Part shown: positions 43,601 through 55,718 of the stretch, in pieces
Position numbering within the stretch: position 1 is the stretch's first letter
Layout of the letters: each line of letters starts with the position of its first letter
DNA from: Pocillopora damicornis
Lineage: Eukaryota
Direction of reading: 5' to 3'
DNA: 64,000 bases
Assembly: GCF_003704095.1 (NCBI RefSeq)
Contig: NW_020845694.1
Location: 682,001 to 746,000, forward strand
Notes under the pieces: model-generated
What the model saw: only the letters and a program-made list of their open reading frames with translations
Told to the model about the DNA's origin: nothing
Database searches by the model: none
Made by a program: the position numbers and the translations under genes

Positions 43601-46600
43601 CAAATCCCCACAATTTTTGACTTGAACGAAATAACTCATATCTTTCCTGTGATAGTAAATTATGTATTCGATATTTTAGAAAAAGACCCTGGGAACCTGA
43701 ATACCCAAACCCCGTTGGCCGGGCCTTTTTTCTTTTGGTCAGTTTAAAGGACTTGCATACGTCACAATGTTTGGGTCATTTTCAGCTTTCCATAGAGGGT
43801 AGACGAAAACACCAGAGATAACCAAGATGGTCAGCGATGGCGGAGACCCGCAACACGGATTTGGCTAAATGTTTCTCCTGACCCGGTACTCATATATTAG
43901 TTGACACGGTTTTGTACACTTGGAAACGGCGTGTGCTGTATTTGTAATTCTGTAGAAGAACCTATTGCCAATGATCGATTTGTAAACTCGACAGGCAGAC
44001 AGTGACACCATGGACTGATCTTCGGTATTTCGTTGAGGTATGGCCTAAAAAACGTGTTTGCGGTAACGACTAATTTGTCACGGCCGGTCTGAAGCTCGCG
44101 CCAAAACTATCGTCAAACTTCTCGGAGTTATGCACAACCTGTTTTTCGTCGACAACCGGGATTTCCTCGCAAAGGAGAGACCTTATGGCACTTTATTGCT
44201 CGCCGTGTCTCGGTCAATTTTCGAGCTTAATAGTGGTCTTGCCAGAAATGAATAAACTTGTGAGCTCAGTACCATTAGAATTTGCTGAATTTTGGCAAAT
44301 TGAGGCGCTAAACTGTAGAAGGAAGCAGTTTTCTCTTGGCTATACTCTATCCAAAATGTGGGTTGAAGGAAAGGGTCGGAGAGTTCTGGTCTAAACTGAT
44401 TGGATCTTCATATGTTTTTCGATGAAACAGGGATGAGTTCTCTTACCTGAATCCTAAAATGGAGAAAACAACAATCCCAGCGAACAGGGAAGTCATACAA
44501 TTAGCGACGGAAATTGTAATGGTATCACGTAGTGTGTTTCCGTGAATAGGATTGTAACTGGCATAGGCAATCATTGTGCCAAATGCCAGGCCCAAAGAGA
44601 AGAAGATTTGTGTAGCTGCGTCCAGCCAGACCAGTGGGTCCAGAAGTCGATCCCACTGTTGATGAAAACATAAATCAGTGTTTCGAGAACTACTGAGTCC
44701 TGCTTTGATCGACACATTTCATCTGGGCTCGAGGCGCAGAGATCAGTGCCAGACAGGTTTTGATGTTGATGTATTCAGTTCTTTTACCTTTAACTAAGAG
44801 TTTAACGTTAATAGTATTCAGTTTATGGTCCATTTAATTGGAGAAATAAGTAAATGATGAGCAATACACTTAGCTCACCAGGTTTAAGTTATCAGATGTT
44901 AAATGTTAAATTTGTGGCTATCATGCAGACGACTTCAGTGTTTCGAGAACAACTGTGCAAGCGAATGAGCTCTTCTGCTGAGTGCCGGACACAGCAGAAG
45001 ATCCAAACATATTTTACATCTTATTTTAGGGTGCTTTAGATGCTTGATCGATAGACCAGAACACCTCAATTTGTCTCTTCTGCCAGTGTTTTGAGAACTA
45101 CTGGGACTGACTGGTAGCTGAAACTGGGCACAAAGCGCAGTAACCAGCTTTTAAGTATATATTTTGCATCTGTAGAACAACCAGTGTTTTGAGAACTACT
45201 GGGTACTTGATTGGCAGCTGTTACTGGGCATTATGGCGCAGCATCAGCATTCAAAGTTTAGAAGTCACCTTTGTATTTAGAGAAAACCAGTGTTTTGAGA
45301 ACTACTGGGATCTGATTGGCAGCTGTTACTGGGCACCAAGACGCAGCAATCAGCATTTTAGAGATTCAAATCGTTTTTGTGAATAAAAGAACCAGTGTTT
45401 TGAGAACTACTGGGTATCCGATTGACAACTGTTACTGGGCACCAAGACGCAGCAATCAGCATTTTAGAATATTAATCGATTTTGTAAATATAGGAACCAG
45501 TGTTTTGAGAACGACTGGGTATTTGGTTGGTTACTACCACTGGGCATCATGGCGCAGCGGTCAGCATTCTTTTCTCTTCGCTTAGTTCATTTGGAGAATA
45601 TTGATTTAAGAGATTGAGAGTTTTTGTGAACTACTGCGTTTAAAAATGATAGTGATTACTGGGCTCAGCAAAAAAACTAACCATATCATTGTGTTTTTGT
45701 TGTTCAATCAGTGTTTTGAGAACTACTGCGTTGGTCCGATTGCCGTGACTGGGCACAAGGCGCAGTAAACAGCATTTAGATGTGTTATATCTGATTAAAT
45801 AAATTTTAAGAATAGCTTAGTTTATCTTTTATAATTGTTTCAGAAAGATGTGCATGTTTCAATGCATAAGACGCGATGTCCAAGTTTCTTTTCCAAAGAA
45901 TGTCCGCGTTTCGAGAACGCCAAATTTCAGTGATATTCTATGATTTACAGCTGGCACTGAGCTCTAAAGGCACAGCACACAGCATTATTCCTTTCACTAT
46001 AGCAAACAATTTTGTTACTCTGCAGAGAATGGAGATTTATGAAGCTTTATTAATAAATTACATATGTCTTTAATTGTGCATTTGAAATATGTCTACGCGA
46101 TGCCCACCTCGATTTAAACCTCAGAATCGAGATCCTCACTTTGTACTGATCACATTGTTGCCATCCTGAGTCTCTTCATTTGAAGCATGGATGTATGTTA
46201 GTGTCTGTTGACTTTTCATTGAATATATAATGCATTGGAATTGCACACGTTTGTCTGTAATTGATGGTTTAGGAGTCGCCGGTGTGGTTTGTGTAGCCTC
46301 GAACCTCTTCATGGGACGGGAAAAACTGATACACGTAGATGACGTCTTCGTTGCCGAGCCGGCCTACAGTTATTGACAAGAACCGAACCTAGTAGTTAGT
46401 TGTAAGCTGCATTGTTAGGGTGTATCCTATTTGTTTGGAAAAGTCCCGAGAGATTTAAAACTCTGCATTGGAATTGCCGAGTTATGAAGATAGGAAAAGG
46501 TTTCTCCCACTGTTTTGCATTCCTTCCAAACAACGCCGAATCTCTTATCTTGCTCACTGTTTTGACTTAGGGAACTGCATTGGAATTGCAGAAAGGATTT

Positions 46601-49600
46601 CAGCGTTAAAAGAACTTGCGGAAATAGCTTAATGTGGTACGATGCGGAATCTGGTGGTGCTCTTTTGAAAGGGTTTAAGACTGAGCGGAAACAACCGATT
46701 TTAGCAGCAATGCTCACCAGCAGGCTTGAGACTGCACTGGAATTGCAGATGCCTGGCATGGAGTTGTCGCGACTAATTTGGTCGGTATGAAGTGATTTGA
46801 AGTATTATGATAGCGAGGGTGAGTCAAACGAGGGAAACTGCATTTGAATTGCAGGAAACTGAAAAACCGTTCTTATGATTATGCTGCATTTGAATTGCAG
46901 TTTAAGGTTCGATACATCTCCGATATGGCACTTTTCTGCATTAGAATTGCAGACATCACATGGTCCATACTTACGCTGTCCAAGTTTGCTGGAGCTACAT
47001 CATTGGGACCGCAGTGTTAAACTGCATAGGAATCGCAGAAACCTCTACTGCAGTTAGACGTTAGTTATCATCTTGGAGAGGGATTAATGGTTAGACCTTT
47101 TTTTCTATTCCTTTACATAAACTATCTATCTAAGAAAGCCCTCTCTCAGTAAGCCCTCTCACAGCTTCTAAGTTGAGCGAACCATGGATTGTTCAGTTTA
47201 AGCTTAGTTAACCGCAGTTAACGGCGACTTATTGACAATTGTCGTTTTGACAAAAGAATCGCAAGGATGCGATGACATCAAGACACCTCTAAACCTTTTT
47301 TTGGCTTGGGTTAACTCGTCTCATCCAAAGAATAATTACAGCTAAGAAAGAGCTTACTTTTTTTAGACAATCTGGACCTCTGGGTAGCCTCAAGATGCGA
47401 GCACTCCTGCTTCAAAAATTAATATTTTCAGAGTAATCAAATGACCTTTGTAGGAATCATCACGTTTCAGGTCCTAGCATGCAAAGGTTTTGAAATTGAT
47501 AAAGCAGTCAATGCTATCGTGGCATCTACCCTTATTCCTCTGACGTGCGCGACAGCGAAGGTCAGGCAGGTCCCCCCTTAGTCTATTTTGGTGGATGATC
47601 CCAACTGTGCATAAGCCGATCCTATCAAGCGAGTCTCCTCATAACTTTTCCTAAGATTGTTCCGATTCATATATCAAATGTTTACAATTTTAACAGGCTT
47701 GGACACCAGAGGCCCAACTGTCACGCCACACTTAAGTGTCCCTATCTCTTTTTACTATCTCCCTAACTCTTCCTCACAATCCCTGGCCTATCTTTAACTT
47801 TTTTTTTTAATTAATCGGCAGAGAAGGATACCTAATTTAGCCTATTTCCCCTAGAAGTACATCATGAGAACTTAACGCAGACTAACGTAACACAACCTCC
47901 CTGAGTTTTTTTTTCTTCTTCTAACTTGTCTTCTTTTCCTTTCAGTGCAAAGATCCCGACTTTTAAAGGATATACATACCTTTGGAGTAAACAAATGTAT
48001 TATTCCCTTTTCAAAGCCTTTCAAAAGTAGACCCCGAATGAAGAATGCAAAGAGGACCAGATATGGAAATGTTGCTGTGAAGTAGACGACCTGCAAGATT
48101 ACACCATGGCTTACCGTGACATTATTTTAACAGATGGTAAAATATTCCAAAAAAATCATTTTCGCGTTTATAGCAGGATAGATAAAAGTACCCTAATTTG
48201 CCTTTAAAGTGATTCAGCATAGTTTTGAAATTTTCTGTAAGGAATTTGTTAACCGTGGCAGACTGTTGCATGCATAACGAGCCTGAGCTTAATGACAAAG
48301 AAATAAGTTAACAATACTTGAAAAATTATCGTACCTTGCCAGATGACTGGATGCTTTTGATGATGCAAAGGTAGGCCAACACCCACGCAACTACAAGGGC
48401 CACGGCTAACTTCCAGTTGATTTCTGCGCTCTCCTCTATTCTGTTGGCGTGCATTAAAGTCTCTCTGTGGTAGAAGTAAGCAGTTGGACTGCTCTCGGAG
48501 CATTCTCTTGGTATTGTTAACTCAGTGCCGTTAGGGCTTGCCACTTGAGGACACTCTGCCCACGGTAGAGGGGACTGGAACGACTGGACGAAGTAGAACA
48601 ACACCCAACCGATGACCACGTTGTAATAGCTGCCAACCAGTATGCTAACCACCGTTGTTGCAATCCCTACACCTCCCAGGTAGGGACTAACTGTGCTCCA
48701 GACGTTGATAGCTCCTTGACGAAGGCGTTGACCGATACTGAGTTCCAAGTAGAAGATCGGTATTCCCTCGAATATCAGCATGACAAAGTAGGGTATCAAA
48801 AAAGCGCCTAAGGAAAGGAAAAAAGGATAATAGAAAAACTTTGTTAATTATAGTATACTAAGGTAAAAATGAACGCATAGTGGAAGTCAAACTTGACTGG
48901 ACTGTTGAAACCGAAAAGATACATCTTTCCGTCAAAACACTCGTATAGATCGGCAGGGTAATGTTTAACTCTGCACGATGTGGATTTTAGGTCTTTTGAT
49001 AAACTTCTGTTAATCACTTTGCAGAGGGAAGAATAATCGCCACATTCAGCTGATAGCAGTGGATCTTGTCAGTACTGCTCGCAAACAAAGCCGCCGGTAA
49101 AATAGAGACTTTAATGTTATCAGGTGTTTTGGTGGTCTACCTTTCGTCAATTTTTTTCCCCTGAGGTATCTAATCATACAATCTTGAGTTACGTCTCGAG
49201 ATAGAGCATGAGCCAGTTCCGCCATAACCCTAAGCTAAAAATTTTATCAAGTGAAGTGGCGAAAGTCTGGATGCATTCATATAAGCTGAAGTATAGACAC
49301 AAGAAATAATCATCACTCATGATTTCTTAATGTAATTCGTTTAAATGTCGAGATTGATTTTGATTCCCTAAGATCGCGGCCACAAAGAACTGGATGCTTT
49401 ACTATATTTTATGACTAAGGGCAAGGCCATCGAATCTGAGCAATTGCCGAAAATGGTGTAATGGAAACTGGTCTTAAAATTTACACTCATTGTGAAAAAC
49501 CGTAAGCATTCGATACCAATCGTTTTTACTGGATCAGCAGCCCTGTATTATCGTCACTAATGTATAGAACGTGTGTTTTACCGCAGTTTTACGTTCATAA

Positions 49601-52069
49601 TCAAAACATCGAAAATCTAATCGCTGTAGAATTGCGGCCTAAGACCAACGCCCTAATTTCCATCAAGTTTAGTTTGTTTCACGTCTTATGCATGTTCTGG
49701 ACTATTTTATTTTCAAGTTTCTGATGACGTTACGATATTTATCGAGAGATGCACAACTTTTTGAAATTATTACGAGAAAAAGAATACAAATTTCATTAAA
49801 AAAATAGTAATAAAACAGAACGACAATGATGCTTGAATTATTTAATATGTGCATAGGTCCTTAATGGTTTACTTTTCGGAGTCCAAATATTTAGGAATGG
49901 AAAGGACCCCCTCCATGTCCCTTCCACTTAAATTCAAAATAAGATGTTTTTAAATGTACATAGATCTAAATAAACTGATCAGAAAAGAAAATATTTGCCC
50001 GGTTTCATGTAAATGCACAGAAAGCTTCATTCCAATTACTTTTTCAGCAGAGAGCTGTCAAAACCTAAATTTCCGTACCCTGTCGTGATGAAAAACTCCG
50101 TGAACAATGAGACGGAAACGTTTCGGACCCTTTCATAACCCTTTCTCGAAAGTTCCATCCTAATAGCGTGATCTTTAAGGTGTTCCTAAATTAAAAATGT
50201 CAATTCTCGCCATTAGAAACGTAAGTGTTCGGAACCTGGAATGCAAACATTTTTACCTCGTGCAGGGAAAATGTTTGCCAATTACTTTTATCTGATTCAC
50301 ACAGTGTATAGAAGCATTTCTTCAATGAATAACTTTTCAGCCTCATTTTCAAAGTGTATTCAATTTTACCACCAGGCTATGATTATTTTTGTTTTATTAT
50401 TTTTTTCCTGAGGCACCCACTTAACCTAGACCTGTTCCACTTCAACTTTGTTTAAAACTGAGACATTTTTCGGGAACTGATCAACCGACGACAACCTGCT
50501 GTCTTTTTTCTCACGAGAACCGAAAAACACTTTTACCAAAGCTTCCAGACTCCATAAATAAGGTTGTATCCTTGAGATAATCCCAATGTTACAAAAGAGA
50601 AGCAAGATTGTGCTCTAAGCGCTACCATTTCACCTTTTAAAAAAACCCATAAAACCCCCCTGCAGCGGGTGCAGAATATTTGCCGCCAAATTTGTGGACT
50701 TTGATCTCAGCTTCTAAAAAAAATCATGGAGAAAAGAAAACAAGAACAAAACAGACGAATTGAGTTTCTGTCATATTGCGGTCACAAAAGAAAGCATTCC
50801 TTGCTCTCCAAGGCCGTACTCTAAGTTATTTCTTGATTTTGGATATAGGAACTTGAATGAAAAAGATCTTGATAACATCAGATGGCAGGCGTATTCCTCC
50901 CATAAATTTTGTTTGACCGATGCGATAACATGTCTCACAGCTAAATAAATCCGGTATCGAAAATCGGTTCAAAAGTGGAAAATATCTTACTAAGAAAGTT
51001 GATCGCACTGATTCTGGTTGAACTTTCAACTTTTTTTGGCACGGCTGAAGGACTCCCGACTGAGGGCAGAGAGAAACGCTATTTATTTATGTTCTCGCGC
51101 ACATCTGTAAAATTTTGTTTTCCAAAACTTAGTGTTTCATTGTTAATTGTCTCCCAGATTAAGTCCTAACTATTGTGAAGTGTGCTAAGGCTATATGATC
51201 TTGCCTACCGTATTCAGGGCGTTAGTTTTATTGGGTTAAAAAAAAAAAGGATTGAAAGCTATCGATTGGTTGGAATAAAAAAAGAAGCAGTGCCTTTTGC
51301 TAGAATTTCAATTTTGCATATTTTGTGTAATAGTTTGTGAAATTTTTTGAAATTTTCGAGCGCTTTTTTTGTTTCGGTCATTATTCTGTCGTTCAGGGGA
51401 GCGAATCATTTTGGTCGGAATTTGACGGCAATGCTAACGTTCCCTCACACTTTGAAGTGTTTTTTATTCGTTGTTCCTGTTGAATTTCAAGACACTCCCG
51501 AGGGAACGTGAATTTATCGCTGTTTTTTTATTAATTTTAAATCTATTGGCAATAGAAATGAACATCTTGGACTCTAAAATGTTCATTTCTATTGACAAGA
51601 GATTTAAAATTCACGGATCCTCAAAGAATCAGAGACGCTCTTTCATTTAAGAGATGAGCCTAGATTGATTTTTCATAAAGTTCGCTCTTATGTTGAGGAT
51701 TTCACATTCAAATACTTGATAAATGGCAATTACGAGGGGAGTAAATCAACCTTTTCTTATTGTACCTAACTCTAAAATCATATTTTTAGTATTCAAGAAA
51801 AACTGATTAGGAAAATTTGATAAAATGAGTATACCTCCTCCATTTTTCTGACAAAGCCATGGAAACCTCCAAACGTTTCCCAAACCAACCGCAAACCCGA
51901 TCGCAGAGAGAAGAAATTGGACTTTATTGTCCCATCCAAGTCGTATCTTCTCGGTCTCGATCACTTCCACTCTTGTTTGGGGATCGTCTTCATCAGATGT
52001 TAACATTGCCGTTGTTGAAATGTTTTTGTAGGCGGCAGTTTTATCAGCAGACGGATTTTTCTCACTCAT
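40652..52069 (-). CDS. SLC6 sodium-dependent neutral amino-acid transporter (B0AT / SLC6A15-20 group); ~643 aa
   Basis: Exons 52069-51835 ([34 protein letters not shown]), 48807-48335, 48090-47980 ([10 protein letters not shown]), 44655-44447 ([17 protein letters not shown]), 43255-43078, 42598-42397 ([13 protein letters not shown]; [10 protein letters not shown]), 41952-41793, 41676-41514 and 40852-40652. All phases are consistent. Confidence 0.95.
41139..41351. mobile_element. piggyBac-type MITE, followed by a partial inverted copy at ~41373-41493
   Basis: TTAACCCTTGAACTCCC...GGGAGTTAAAAGGTTAA. Confidence 0.75.
44676..45985. repeat. Degenerate ~105-bp tandem array with conserved boxes CAGTGTTTYGAGAACTACTG, ACTGGGCAC-AAGGCGCAG and CAGCATT (about 10 units)
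   Basis: Box A starts at 44676, 44936, 45084, 45182, 45288, 45393, 45498, ~45617 (degenerate), 45709 and ~45905 (degenerate). Confidence 0.85.
46230..47038. repeat. Dispersed array of a 17-bp palindromic motif CTGCA-TTGGAAT-TGCAG with unique spacers (8 copies)
   Basis: Copies start at 46230, 46463, 46575, 46732, 46838, 46884, 46936 and 47022. Confidence 0.85.
51533..51611. repeat. Near-perfect 33-bp inverted repeat (79-nt hairpin) in SLC6 intron 1
   Basis: AATTTTAAATCTATTGGCAATAGAAATGAACAT / ATGTTCATTTCTATTGACAAGAGATTTAAAATT; 31 of 33 positions complementary, 13-nt loop. Confidence 0.85.
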
Positions 52070-55000
52070 CTTTACTTCAGAGCTGAGAAGCTTCAGCAAA
52101 ATCTGTCGAAAGATCAAAGCAACATAATTTTTATCGCTTTCGATCGATGTTTATATTCTTGTCCTCAGACGAAATCAGAGTGCTCTAATTTCCATACTTG
52201 CGCTAGTAATATTATTTTTAGTCTTACTTGTGCGAGACGTTTCCGGGAGAACAGAGAAAGATTAGGATTTGGAATGTCCCAGCGGCTACTCGACTATGAA
52301 ACGAGCTTCTCTTTCAGGATGTAAAATCGTAAAGTAACCGGTTTCGCGGTATTTCAGCGTAAGGCCGGTCGTTTACATGTGCTCAGAGCGTGGTATGTAA
52401 ACAGCTGAATGATGAAACACCGGCAAATAATTAGCCAATCACAACTGATGTCGTATTCTTAGTATTGTCACCATCGTGTAGCAACAAAAGATATTACTTT
52501 ACTAATCCTTCATACATAATCAGGATAGCTTACACACAATTACAGGAAACACGATAATTTTTGGCTCGGAATCTCTTCAAAAAAAGCTAGCCGTATTTCA
52601 AAATAAAATAAACGGAAATACAATTTTTAGAGGGCAGCTTTCTGATAAAGTAATGTAAAACTTTGACGCTCTTCGCGTGAGCCAATCATTTCTTTTGTTT
52701 GAATTGGTTGTCTGAGAAAAACTATCATGTTGTTGCATCAGCCGTCTCTTGTGGCCTTTTTTGTTATGTTAATTTGAGTTGTGGTTTGATCACTGTTTTG
52801 GTACTTAGATGCAAAGGAAAGATCGAGGTTTTGCTTCATAAAACAAAGGTATCGATTTAGTATGAAAAATTTATGAAAATGGTTGTGTGGAATTGTAGAA
52901 CGATCGAAATCAATATTTTTCTCCTCGTGTACTTTAAAAAAACCGACGGAAACGACACTTGTGAATGTTGGCGCGCCAACGATTATCCACCCACACGTTG
53001 TAAATTAATCTTTTTTTCAAAGACATTTTGGTCTCGGTGCCAACAACATTTGTTTTAAAAAAACAAATTTTGATTGGTTGGTTAATGAACTGAGCACGAA
53101 AGAGGAAGACAGTACTTTCAACTTTGTTCCTCCCGCGATATTTTGTTTTTGCATATGACTCGATGTAAAAGCGCGTTATCGGTTGCCGCGATCATCCCCA
53201 CAGCGCCACATAAATGAGAACGTTGCTTCCACAAGTTTACTATTTTGATGCCATCGTTTCCCAAACAACCCCCCCCCCGTTCTGGACAACTGAAACGCGA
53301 TTTTAATTGGTCAATTCGTCGTGTACGTAAAATTTTGCAACAAGAGATGTGGAGGACAAATATTGGCTGAACTTTTGGAGAACTTTGACAAATATCTGAA
53401 AGCTATTATTTATCTAAAGTAAAATGTGTGAAAACAATATCTATTCACAATTTACAAAATTATGGATGATTTTCGATTAAATTTAAAGGTGCTATACTTT
53501 GAAAAAGCTTGCGGGCAGGTAGCAGAAAGGACAAAGAAAAGATATGGACAGATGCTGTAATTGATGCTGTGGTTGTCACGCTGAGTAATTTTCGAAAGTA
53601 ATCCGGAATTGCTTTAGTTTTGCATTACCTCGCTATTTGATTGGTTCAAAAAAACTCACACAACTTTCTCGACTGATAAGATTCCAAACTAAATACAACA
53701 TCACGCGTTTCTCAGCGCTTCAGACAGTTTGCTTCCAGTTCTCATCGGTGCAGTTTCTTGTGCTCTTTCCTTCGTTTTTATGGGCTGTTGAAATTACTTT
53801 GATTTTGGACAGTTATACTTTTTTAAAAACTCTATCAAAGGTACATCGTATAATGAATTGGTGATCTCTATTAAGAAAGATCCTGTTTCAGAAAATACGG
53901 GGAGAATACAGATTTTCTATGGAATGTTCCAGCGATTTCATGCCAAAATATTCATGGAATAAATCCTTAAAGTTAGTCTACATACTTAGTGTGCAAACTA
54001 ACTTTTGCAAAATCTTTGGGTCTCTCAAAAGCGATAAAAAGTTCCACGAGACATCCACAAATGTCGAGGTTGTTGTCATCCGCTCGCAAGATCCTCCAGG
54101 TGCTGCTAAAATAAAGATGATTGAATTAAATTTTTAGGCACGATCATGAATGTTTTATCGAATCTTTCTTCGATTCTCAGTGAAAAATTCAATTTCGCGT
54201 AGCCTTTACTGAACTGAACCAGTTTCAATGAGTTTCGTTTGACCGCAAAACAACAGAAGAGCCATCTTTAACATGATATACTTGTACATAAATTGAATTG
54301 AGAATTTTGGTGCGAAATCAACAAACTATTGTATTGAAAACAATGATTAGTACAATAACAACCTGTTGATGGAATATTTGTCAATCGCTGAACGAAATGA
54401 AAAAAAACCTATGGAAACTGTTCCAAATGGTTCACGAATCAGATTGTGAACAAATACTAAATTACTTATTGCTGATTGAAAACAACAGCGAAAACAGTTC
54501 TAACTTAAGCTTGACCGGACCAGAAGGTTCGCCCGAAATAAAAACAAGCAACCAATGATCATTAAAATTTGTAGATTCTACGCACCAGCAAGTTCGTTCA
54601 GGTGTTTCCTCTATAGCAAAAGGAAACCATTCAATTTCAAACTACCGAACCCTTTTAGAGTTGTAGTAATGGTAAATAACACGTAGTCGTAAATTTGGTC
54701 TTTAAAACGATCTCGTATGCACAATTCCCAGAGCAGTTTTCAAGCTTGTTTTTGTTTCGATCCGCAAAGTTGAACCGAAGAGAAAACGCTAAGGGTTTGT
54801 GCACAACTGATTACAACATGACGTCACATACTTGACAACAAGAAGCATGTGAACTTTAGATAAGTAGAAGACAGTGTAAATTGTCAATTAATTGCCCATT
54901 TCATGCTGAGTTCATTTTCTCAAATTTTCTTCTAAGTAATTAATCCTTGATTCAATCTCTTCGAAACCTTTGTAGTTCCCCGAATACGTCGAAAGCTTGA

Positions 55001-55271
55001 TAACCAGGGTATCGATCAAACGTACAGGAAAACATCATAAACAAGTTTTTGATGTTATGCTCACATAGGGAAATCGACGAGTTGATTGGGTCGTCAGCAA
55101 TTTTGCCACAGAGGGTGGTTATCAATTAACAGTTGCAGGTTTTAAGTAAACTTGCTTCGCGGCGGGCTAGCATTTTACATTTAGCATCAAGCTAAAGTGT
55201 GACGAGGTTGACAGTTTGCATCGGAACACAATTAGTAGTAATTTTTATCCGAATTCTTTGGAGTGAGCACT

Positions 55272-55718
55272 ATGGCTGAAGAGGAACTTGAAGAAATATT
55301 TACCCTTTTTGACCGCACTGGAAAGGGAAAGATTGAAATCGCGCAGATAAAAGATGTTCTTCGTTCAGCCGGCTTAAACCCACAAGGTACTGACTTGGAA
55401 AAGCTGGAGGCCGACTACAAAGACAAGGAGTTTATCCAGTTTCCAGAATTCTGCGCTATTCACAAGGAAATGAAAGCTAAACCCCAGCCAGCCATGGAAG
55501 ACTTCCTGGAGTTCTTCAGCATTTTTGATCGAGAAAAGAGTGGTTTAATTGATTCGTTGCAGCTTCGAGCTTTCCTCTGTATGAAGGGTGATTCCAGACT
55601 GACAGAGGATGAGGTGGAGCAAATTGTGAAGTCGCTCGAAGACAAGAAGAAAGAGGTCGTTCCTTACAAAGAACTCATCACTTTGGTTATGAGCGACCCT
55701 CCAGCAGCCACTGTTTAG
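55272..55718 (+). CDS. Intronless, divergent myosin essential light chain-like EF-hand protein (148 aa)
   Basis: MAEEELEEIFTLFDRTGKGKI...VLRSAGLNP...FSIFDREKSGLI...LTEDEVE; AATAAA at ~56015. Confidence 0.8.
   Translation: MAEEELEEIFTLFDRTGKGKIEIAQIKDVLRSAGLNPQGTDLEKLEADYKDKEFIQFPEFCAIHKEMKAKPQPAMEDFLEFFSIFDREKSGLIDSLQLRAFLCMKGDSRLTEDEVEQIVKSLEDKKKEVVPYKELITLVMSDPPAATV

Noticed and set aside
45189-45585. Repetitive protein-coding ORFs
   Set aside because: Unit lengths (98, 106, 105) do not preserve frame and there are no supporting splice signals.
46427-46759. ORF with a repeated LQFQC peptide
   Set aside because: Motif copies fall in different frames and one contains TAA; conservation is at the nucleotide/palindrome level.
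44676-47038. CRISPR array
   Set aside because: Eukaryotic intron, no cas genes, irregular spacing, and the first array's linkers are partly homologous. Kept only as unexplained motif arrays.
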